This document shows positions 57,259 to 64,000 of a stretch of 64,000 nucleotides of DNA, piece after piece; positions within the stretch are counted from its first letter, which is position 1, and each line of letters starts with the position of its first letter. The DNA is from an uncultured Oscillospiraceae bacterium. Its GTDB lineage: Bacteria > Bacillota > Clostridia > Oscillospirales > Oscillospiraceae. A program made the position numbers and the translations under genes. The notes below the pieces were generated by a model. It was not told the origin of the DNA, did not search any database, and saw only the letters and a list, made by a program, of their open reading frames with translations. The DNA lies in contig CANRFC010000006.1 of the NCBI GenBank assembly GCA_947629795.1, forward strand, positions 36,286 through 100,285. Direction: 5' to 3'.

Positions 57259-58523
57259 AACACAGCCTGTTAGAGAAAGAGGGGACCCGTTCGGTCCTGG
57301 CTTCCATCATCTCCATCCTCTGCGGATTGCTGGTGGGTGCCGTCCTGATCCTCATCATGGGCCTGAGCAACGATACGCTGGGCCCCACCAGCGCCTGGGA
57401 GGGGATCCGGCTGATCTTCGGCGGCCTCTTCGCCACCGGGCGGAACGGCGCCGGCGCCCTGACCTTCGGATTCAACCCCTCCAACTTCGGCAACATGTTC
57501 TTCCGAGCCACCCCCCTGATCCTGGTGGGCCTTTCGGTGGCTGTGGCCTATAAGACGGGCCTGTTCAACATCGGCGCGCCGGGCCAGTACCTCCTGGGTA
57601 CCGCCGCCTCTCTGGTCATTGCCCTGGGCATCCCCACCACCAGCGTGCCCGCCCCGGTGGTGTGGCTGCTGTCCTTCCTGGGCGGCGTGGCAGCCGGCGC
57701 CCTGTGGGGCTGTATCCCCGGCCTGGTGAAGGCCTTCCTCAACATCAACGAGGTGCTGGCCTGCATCATGACCAACTGGATCGCCGCCAATGTGGTGACC
57801 TGGATCTTTGACGGCTCGGTGTTCCGCAATACCACCGAGGGTACCAAGACCGCCTATGTCTACAAGACTTCGGTCAACGGTGTGCAGACCGCCAAGATGG
57901 GCCTGGACAAGCTCTTCCCAGGCTCCCAGATCAACGGCGGCATCCTCATCGCCGTGGTCATTGCCATCGGCGTGTATGTCCTTATGAGCAAGACCACCCT
58001 GGGCTATCAGCTCAAGGCCTGCGGCTCCAACCGTCACGCCGCCCGGTATGCCGGCATCAACGACAAGCGGAACATCGTGCTGTCCATGGCCATCGCCGGT
58101 GCCCTCTCCGGCGCTGCCGCCTCTCTCTACTGGCTCTCCGGCAACACCGAGTTCTATTGGAGCACTTACCAGGCCCTGCCCGCCATCGGTTTCAACGGCA
58201 TCCCCGTGGCCCTGCTGGCGTCCAGCAATCCCATTGCCGTCATCTTTACCGGGATCTTCATGTCCATGCTGGACATCATCGGCCAGCAGGTGACCACCCT
58301 CACCGCATACAACGAATACATCACCGACGTGATCATCTCGGTCATCGTCTACATGGCCGCCTTCTCTCTGCTGATCAAGACCTTCCTTGCCGGCAGGGCG
58401 AAGAACAAGGTGGGGATCAACGTCAATGCCGAGCCTGCCCCTGCGGCGCCCCCGGTCTCGCCTGAGCCGGGCGGAGAACCGCCGGTCCAAGCAAGTCCGG
58501 AGAAAGGAGGCGAGGAGAAATGA
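57255..58523 (+). CDS. ABC transporter permease 1
   Basis: GLFNIGAPGQY, GYQLKACGSNRHAARYAGI. Confidence 0.92.
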   Translation: MKHSLLEKEGTRSVLASIISILCGLLVGAVLILIMGLSNDTLGPTSAWEGIRLIFGGLFATGRNGAGALTFGFNPSNFGNMFFRATPLILVGLSVAVAYKTGLFNIGAPGQYLLGTAASLVIALGIPTTSVPAPVVWLLSFLGGVAAGALWGCIPGLVKAFLNINEVLACIMTNWIAANVVTWIFDGSVFRNTTEGTKTAYVYKTSVNGVQTAKMGLDKLFPGSQINGGILIAVVIAIGVYVLMSKTTLGYQLKACGSNRHAARYAGINDKRNIVLSMAIAGALSGAAASLYWLSGNTEFYWSTYQALPAIGFNGIPVALLASSNPIAVIFTGIFMSMLDIIGQQVTTLTAYNEYITDVIISVIVYMAAFSLLIKTFLAGRAKNKVGINVNAEPAPAAPPVSPEPGGEPPVQASPEKGGEEK

Positions 58524-59548
58524 CATTCCTCATTCAGCAGACGCTCCTCTACGCGGTGCCCCTGATGATCGTGGCTCTGGCCGGCGTCTTTGCCGAGCGC
58601 AGCGGTATCATCAACCTGGCTCTGGAAGGTATTATGATCTTCGGCGCCTTCGTGGGCGTGCTCTTCGTGAACCTGACCCAGACCTTGCCCGTCTTCGCCG
58701 ACGCCAAGGCCGCGGGGAACTGGGTGGCCCTTCAGGGCTATGAGATCCTGGCCATGGTGGTGGCGGCCCTCTTCGGCGCCATCTTCTCCCTGCTGCTCTC
58801 CTTCGCCTCGGTGAATCTGAAGGCGGACCAGACCATCGGCGGTACCGCTCTGAACCTGATGGCCCCCGCCCTGGTCCTCTTCCTCATCCGGATCATCGCC
58901 AACCAGAACACCCTCCAGATGAACGGCGACGCCGCCAGCTGGTTCATGCTGAAGAACAGCCTCTTCGGCATGAAGCGCACCGAGAAGGGCAACTTCCTCT
59001 GGGAGACCTTCGTGAACAAGTCCTACATCGCCACCTACGTGTGCATCCTGCTGTTCATCCTCCTGTCCATCCTGCTCTACAAGACCCGGTTCGGCCTGCG
59101 GCTGCGCTCCTGCGGCGAAAATCCCCAGGCGTCTGACTCCCTGGGCATCAACGTCTACAAGATGCGCTACGCCGGCACCACCATCTCCGGCGCCCTGGCG
59201 GGCATGGGCGGCTTCGTCTACGCCCTGACCACCGCCAACTGCGCCTCCACCGGCGACGTGGCCGGCTTCGGCTTCCTGGCCCTGGCCGTCATGATCTTCG
59301 GCAACTGGAAGCCCCTGAACATCGCCGGCGCGTCTCTGCTCTTCGGCCTGTTCAAGTGCATCGCCGCCGCCTATACTTCCATCGACATCAACGGCGACGG
59401 GGTCTACCTGCTGACCGAGATCGGCGTGAGCCAGCACGTGTACCGGATGCTGCCCTATATCATCACCCTGGTGGTCCTGGCCTTCACCTCCAAGAAGTCC
59501 CGGGCTCCCAAGGCCGAGGGCATCCCCTACGACAAGGGGCAGAGGTAA
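58520..59548 (+). CDS. ABC transporter permease 2
   Basis: ERSGIINLALEG, GLRLRSCGENP, LPYIITLVVL. Confidence 0.92.
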   Translation: MTFLIQQTLLYAVPLMIVALAGVFAERSGIINLALEGIMIFGAFVGVLFVNLTQTLPVFADAKAAGNWVALQGYEILAMVVAALFGAIFSLLLSFASVNLKADQTIGGTALNLMAPALVLFLIRIIANQNTLQMNGDAASWFMLKNSLFGMKRTEKGNFLWETFVNKSYIATYVCILLFILLSILLYKTRFGLRLRSCGENPQASDSLGINVYKMRYAGTTISGALAGMGGFVYALTTANCASTGDVAGFGFLALAVMIFGNWKPLNIAGASLLFGLFKCIAAAYTSIDINGDGVYLLTEIGVSQHVYRMLPYIITLVVLAFTSKKSRAPKAEGIPYDKGQR

Positions 59549-59750
59549 GCTCGCCTGAGGCTTGTACCCAGAGGTTCTCAAAACACGCATATCGGTGCGC
59601 ATTGCGCACCCGGAACATGGGGGCCCGTTCTTTCCGCAGGAAAGAACGGGCCTCCGAATTCTCAGAGGAGGAGAAGGCCAGGCCCTCAGACCGGACGAGC
59701 GCCGCCGGGCGCCTGCCATTTTTTACACCTGCCCCTCCGAGATATAAAAA

Positions 59751-59786
59751 GCAAGAGACAGCCCACCTCAGCGGGCTGTCTCTTGC
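59751..59786. terminator. Bidirectional terminator between convergent operons
   Basis: GCAAGAGACAGCCC / GGGCTGTCTCTTGC flanked by A- and T-tracts. Confidence 0.8.
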
Positions 59787-59868
59787 CTTTTTCGGGGTAA
59801 GAAAATGCGCTTCCGGCCAAAGGACCTGTCAAAGGCCAAACCGAGGTCCGGGCGCACCGCGTTTCAGC

Positions 59869-61965
59869 CTAAGCACGGCCCAGGATGCTCCGCAAGGTGG
59901 CAAACAGCTTGCCTGTGTCAACGGGTTTGCCCAGATGGCCGTCCATGCCGGCGGCGAAGATCCTCTGGCGGTCCTCTTCAAAGGTGTTGGCAGTCATCGC
60001 CACGATGGGCAGCCGGGCCAGCTTCGGGTCCTCCATGGCGCGAATGGTTTCGGTCGCTTCGAGCCCATTCATCACAGGCATTTGGATGTCCATCAGGATC
60101 AGGTCATAGGGGGCGTCGGCAGAACGGCGGACCTTCTCCACCGCCTCGGCCCCGTCTGCAGCCACGTCCACAGTGCAGCCGGCCTCCTCCAGGATGGTCA
60201 CAGCGATCTCCTGATTCAATAGGTTGTCCTCTGCCAACAGGATGCGGCAGCCGGTGAACTGCTGCGGCTCAGAGGGCTCCGGCGCCTCCTGTTCGTCGAA
60301 GGTTTCGCTCAGGCGGAAGGGAAATGTGAGGGTAAATGTGCTGCCGACATCCTTCTGACTCTCCACGGTGATCTGCCCGTTCATGAGCTCCACCAGGTTC
60401 TTGGTGATGGACATGCCCAGGCCCGTGCCCTGGATGCCGCTGACGGTGGAGGTCCGCTCCCGCTCAAAGGGTTCGAAGATGTGGGCAAGGAACTCCGGGG
60501 CCATGCCGATGCCGGTATCACGGACACGGAATTCGTAGATGGCGGTGCCCTCAGTGTCACCGGGCCGCTCGGCGGCGGAGACGGAGATGTCTCCGCCTGC
60601 GGGCGTGAATTTCAGCGCGTTGCTCAGCGTATTCAGCAGAGCCTGGTTCAGCCGCAGCCGGTCACAGAACACATAGGGGTGGATCAGAGCACTGTCGTCC
60701 ATACGGAAGTTCAGCTTTTTGGTCTCCAGGTCGACCTGGATCATGGTCTGGAGATTCTGCAGGATCTGGGGCAGGCTGCAGGGCGTCTCCTCGATGATCA
60801 CATTGCCGCTCTCGATGCGGCTCATGTCCAGCACGTCATTGATCAGGCTGAGGAGATGGTCGGATGCGGTGGTGATCTTGCTCAGGTAGTCCTGTACCAG
60901 CTCCCGGTCATCCAGGTGGGCGGCGGCCAGATTCGTAAAGCCGATGATGGCGTTCATCGGGGTGCGGATATCGTGGGACATGTTGTTCAGGAACGTGGTT
61001 TTGGCGCGGGATGCCCGCTGGGCCTTGTCCAGGGCCTCCTCCAGGAGCCTGTGCTGCTCCTGGAGCTTTTCGGCAGTCTCCTTCCGCTCCGTGATATCCA
61101 CAAACATGCCCACATAGGTGATGGGCGTGCCGTCCTCCTGCCGGGAGAGCTTTCCTGTGGCCCGGAACCAGCGGTAGCCCCGGTCCTTCGTCAGAAGGCG
61201 ATACTCCACGTTGTAGAGGCTTTTGCCGGTATAATCGTTGATGGTATCATAGTATTGCTTCAGGACCCGGTCGCGGTCCTCGGGATGGAGAAGGTCCGAC
61301 CAGGAGGAGAGGACATTGGGGAAATCCTCCTCATCATGGTAGCCGATCATGGCGCGGAACTCCTGGCTCCAGGAAACACTGATCATCTGCCCCTGCCGGT
61401 CGAATTCCATGGTCCACATGCCGGAGCGCAGGATCTCATGTACCAGCTTCAGCGCCGTGGTCTCGTGCTCCAGTGCCTCCAGAGCTTCCAGCCGCTCCTG
61501 GGCCAGCTGGGCCGTGCGGGCGTCGTCCATGGCCTTGAGGTACTTCTCCGTGGCATCCTCCACAAAGACGTAGAAGAGATCACCGTAGAGGTCCGAGTGG
61601 ACAAAGTGCCCGTAATCTTCGATCCACCGGATCGTACCGTCCTTGCGTACGATCCGGTATTCTACATAGTCCAGATCATTGTCGTGGGCGCCGATCTGCT
61701 GTTTGATGCTCCCTTCGACCCGCTCTACGTCCTCCGGATAGATCAATCCGGGAAAGGTGTAGCCGGTGTATTCCCGGAACTCCTCCAAGCTCTCGCAGCC
61801 ATATATCCGGAAAAGGGCCTGATTGGCATAGATCAGCTGCTTATCCCCATCGGCGTGGTAAATAAAGAACCCTCCGGGCATCCCTGTAGTGATCTGCTCG
61901 ATGATCGGAAAAGTCTGCTCACTGAGGACCAGGTTGTTTCGGTCAGTTTGCCCGTGCATTTGCAT
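59869..61965 (-). CDS. Hybrid sensor histidine kinase (two PAS/PAC domains, HisKA, HATPase, receiver)
   Basis: FLNNMSHDIRTPMN, NALKFT, DTGIGM, GTGLG, LILMDIQMP; no TM segments; start uncertain. Confidence 0.93.
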   Translation of the reverse strand: MQMHGQTDRNNLVLSEQTFPIIEQITTGMPGGFFIYHADGDKQLIYANQALFRIYGCESLEEFREYTGYTFPGLIYPEDVERVEGSIKQQIGAHDNDLDYVEYRIVRKDGTIRWIEDYGHFVHSDLYGDLFYVFVEDATEKYLKAMDDARTAQLAQERLEALEALEHETTALKLVHEILRSGMWTMEFDRQGQMISVSWSQEFRAMIGYHDEEDFPNVLSSWSDLLHPEDRDRVLKQYYDTINDYTGKSLYNVEYRLLTKDRGYRWFRATGKLSRQEDGTPITYVGMFVDITERKETAEKLQEQHRLLEEALDKAQRASRAKTTFLNNMSHDIRTPMNAIIGFTNLAAAHLDDRELVQDYLSKITTASDHLLSLINDVLDMSRIESGNVIIEETPCSLPQILQNLQTMIQVDLETKKLNFRMDDSALIHPYVFCDRLRLNQALLNTLSNALKFTPAGGDISVSAAERPGDTEGTAIYEFRVRDTGIGMAPEFLAHIFEPFERERTSTVSGIQGTGLGMSITKNLVELMNGQITVESQKDVGSTFTLTFPFRLSETFDEQEAPEPSEPQQFTGCRILLAEDNLLNQEIAVTILEEAGCTVDVAADGAEAVEKVRRSADAPYDLILMDIQMPVMNGLEATETIRAMEDPKLARLPIVAMTANTFEEDRQRIFAAGMDGHLGKPVDTGKLFATLRSILGRA

Positions 61966-62086
61966 AAAAGCCCATCTGCCCTTCTGCAATATCCGAATCT
62001 TCAAGTGGATTTTATCACTTTTTGGTTCTCTGTCAAGTCCACCGATATTTCGGCGCTGTCCAGCGTCATGTGACGCTTTCCGAGTG

Positions 62087-62103
62087 TGGCGCAGAAGGAG
62101 GGA
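62087..62103 (-). repeat. 17-bp direct copy of the tRNA-Ser(GCT) 3' end
   Basis: TGGCGCAGAAGGAGGGA = 62220-62236. Confidence 0.75.
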
Positions 62104-62181
62104 GGGTCGTACGATGGGCTTTGCCTATTGTGAACCAATTGAAATAGTGAGGGTTCAAATCCCTCCTTTTTTCGCAAAAGA

Positions 62182-62218
62182 AAGACCTTAAGGAACAATA
62201 TCTGTCCCTTAAGGTCTT
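62182..62218 (-). terminator. Terminator after tRNA-Ser(GCT)
   Basis: AAGACCTTAAGG / CCTTAAGGTCTT followed by a T-rich tract on the minus strand. Confidence 0.7.
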
Positions 62219-62219
62219 C

Positions 62220-62310
62220 TGGCGCAGAAGGAGGGATTTGAACCCTCGCACGGTTTTACCCGCCTACTCCCTTAGCAGGGGAGCCCCTTCGGCCACTTGG
62301 GTACTTCTGC
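62220..62310 (-). tRNA. tRNA-Ser(GCT)
   Basis: GCAGAAG acceptor stem, CTGCTAA anticodon loop, long variable arm, GGTTCAAATCC, encoded CCA. Confidence 0.96.
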
Positions 62311-62493
62311 ATGCCGAAAAAATAAGAAGTATTCGATTGATGTTGCCGCCCTGCTTCGCGTTCTCAAGCCCTTTCGGGGTCCCCCAAAAGCGCCCCTCAG
62401 CTTTTTTTGGGAAAGGAGAAAGGAGCCTGCAAAAGAGGAATGGTCCTGAATGGAAGCTTTCTTAGCTTACTTTCTTTTTCAAAAGAAAGTAAG

Positions 62494-62582
62494 TGGCGGA
62501 GAGAGTGGGATTCGAACCCACGGTCCCTTGCGGGATCACCAGTTTTCAAGACTGGCTCCTTAAACCACTCGGACATCTCTCC
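62494..62582 (-). tRNA. tRNA-Ser(TGA)
   Basis: GGAGAGA acceptor stem, CTTGAAA anticodon loop, long variable arm, GGTTCGAATCC, CCA. Confidence 0.97.
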
Positions 62583-62613
62583 GTATTCCCGAGGCAAGCC
62601 AGATGCAACCAGT

Positions 62614-62642
62614 ATACTAACACATTTTTCCCCTTCTGTCAA
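62614..62642 (-). promoter_or_regulatory. Sigma-A promoter of the tRNA-Ser pair
   Basis: TTGACA-17-TAGTAT on the minus strand. Confidence 0.7.
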
Positions 62643-62714
62643 CCACGAAATATCCGTATGTTCCTCCATAAATTGGGCAAGCTACCGCCAGATCAAGAAA
62701 GGAGTTGTTCCCTC

Positions 62715-62900
62715 ATGGCAAATCTCAGCGCCAAGGAGCTCACCGCCCTCAGCGACCAGCTGAACTTTGAACGGGTGGTCTGCGCCAAGTACCAGGCTGC
62801 CGTCCAGGAGTGTGAGGACGCCCAGCTCAAGACCTGCTTCCAGAAGTACGCCGACCAGCACCGGCAGAATTTCAACTGCCTGCTGGGCTATCTGCAGTAA
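62715..62900 (+). CDS. Small ferritin-like spore coat-associated protein
   Basis: AAAGGAG RBS; LSAKELTALSDQL...HRQNFNCLLGYLQ; paired with a Coat F gene. Confidence 0.75.
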   Translation: MANLSAKELTALSDQLNFERVVCAKYQAAVQECEDAQLKTCFQKYADQHRQNFNCLLGYLQ

Positions 62901-62915
62901 GAAGGAGGAACCGAC

Positions 62916-63167
62916 ATGAACGACCAGGAGCGCATCACAGACCTGATCCTCAGCGAAAAAAAGATGACCACCAACTACAACATCTTCGCCGCTGAATGCA
63001 CCAACGTCCAGCTTCGGGACGAGTTCCTGAAGATCCTGGACCAGAGCCACAAGACCTCCACCGACCTGTTCCAGACCGCCCAGAGCAAGGGCTGGTATCA
63101 GGTGGAGCCCGCCCCCGCCAGCAAGATCAGCGAGACCTACAACAAGTTCAGCGCGCAAAAGCCCTGA
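62916..63167 (+). CDS. Coat F domain spore coat protein
   Basis: MNDQERITDLILSEK...AAEC...LF...KGWY pattern. Confidence 0.8.
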   Translation: MNDQERITDLILSEKKMTTNYNIFAAECTNVQLRDEFLKILDQSHKTSTDLFQTAQSKGWYQVEPAPASKISETYNKFSAQKP

Positions 63168-63315
63168 CGATCCGGGCGGGAAAGGTCTTTGCCTTTCCCG
63201 CCTCCATTTTTCTTCCGGTTTTTTGCCTTTTGTGTGAAAAGCCCTTGCAAAACGGGAGAACATAGAGTAAAATATTGATGCCTAATTTTGCTACTACGTT
63301 TGGAGGATGAGACCA

Positions 63316-63885
63316 ATGGCTACTATTACCGCTGGCGAGTTCCGCAACGGCGTGACCTTCGAGATGGACGGCAAGGTCATGCAGGTGATCGAGTTCCAGC
63401 ACGTCAAGCCCGGCAAGGGCGCAGCGTTCGTGCGCACCAAGATGAAGGACGTCCTGGGCGGCGGCGTGACCGAGACCTCGTTCAACCCCACCGCCAAGTT
63501 TGAAAGCGCCTACATCGAGCGCAAGGACGCCGAGTACAGCTACAATGACGGCGACCTGTACTACTTCATGGACCAGGAGACCTTCGACATGGTCCCCGTG
63601 TCCAAGGGCGACCTGCCCACCGGCTTTGACTTCGTCAAAGAGAACACCATGTGCAAGCTGATGATCTACAAGGAGAAGGTGGTGGGCGTGGAGGCCCCCA
63701 ACTTCGTGGAGCTGGAGATCACCGAGACCGACCCCGGCTTCAAGGGCGACACCGCCACCAACGTCACCAAGCCCGCCACCGTGGAGACCGGCGCCGAGAT
63801 CAAGGTGCCCCTGTTCATCAACATCGGCGACAGGATCAAGATCGACACCCGTACCGGCGAGTATCTGGAGCGCTGCAAGGGCTGA
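63316..63885 (+). CDS. efp: Translation elongation factor P
   Basis: [42 protein letters not shown]. Confidence 0.98.
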   Translation: MATITAGEFRNGVTFEMDGKVMQVIEFQHVKPGKGAAFVRTKMKDVLGGGVTETSFNPTAKFESAYIERKDAEYSYNDGDLYYFMDQETFDMVPVSKGDLPTGFDFVKENTMCKLMIYKEKVVGVEAPNFVELEITETDPGFKGDTATNVTKPATVETGAEIKVPLFINIGDRIKIDTRTGEYLERCKG

Positions 63886-63906
63886 GAGCCCGAAAGGAGG
63901 AGCCAC

Positions 63907-64000
63907 ATGACCATTTCTGAAAAGGTCGCTTACCTCAAAGGTCTGGCCGAAGGGCTGGACCTGGACACCGCCAAATCCAAGGAGGGCAAGCTCATCTCCG
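63907..64000 (+). CDS. CD1247-like N-terminal domain protein (partial, runs off window end)
   Basis: AGGAGG RBS; MTISEKVAYLKGLAEGLDLD motif; commonly follows efp in Clostridia (from memory). Confidence 0.7.
   Translation, partial: MTISEKVAYLKGLAEGLDLDTAKSKEGKLIS

Overview
High-GC Bacillota (Clostridia, Oscillospiraceae-like by gene content; inference) chromosomal window. The housekeeping backbone is ilvB-ilvN-ilvC, rnfCDGEAB, tRNA-Ala(CGC), SRP RNA, dnaX-ybaB, deoC with a nucleoside-type ABC transporter, a hybrid sensor kinase, two tRNA-Ser genes, two spore-coat genes and efp. Four accessory blocks interrupt it. (1) A 6.6-kb catabolic islet (LysR, DUF819-like transporter, asparaginase, two divergent argininosuccinate-lyase-like paralogues) is bounded by a perfect 51-bp direct repeat. 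(2) An 11.6-kb operon with two SipW-type peptidases, three TasA-like pilin precursors, a membrane-anchored base-like subunit and a ~2080-aa secreted protein is a probable sortase-independent fibre system. (3) An ADP-ribose/restriction block carries an ADP-ribosylglycohydrolase, a NUDIX gene with a SauUSI-like PLD-helicase, a macro-HTH protein and a vWA protein, with a repeated palindrome. (4) An ~11-kb AT-rich defence island sits at tRNA-Ala, delimited by a decayed copy of the tRNA 3' half, and carries a Lamassu/ABC-3C-like trio, a Dam-family methylase, an uncharacterised GHKL-ATPase operon and a broken integrase. Family names come from motif recognition and memory, not from database searches. 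No CRISPR array or prophage was seen.
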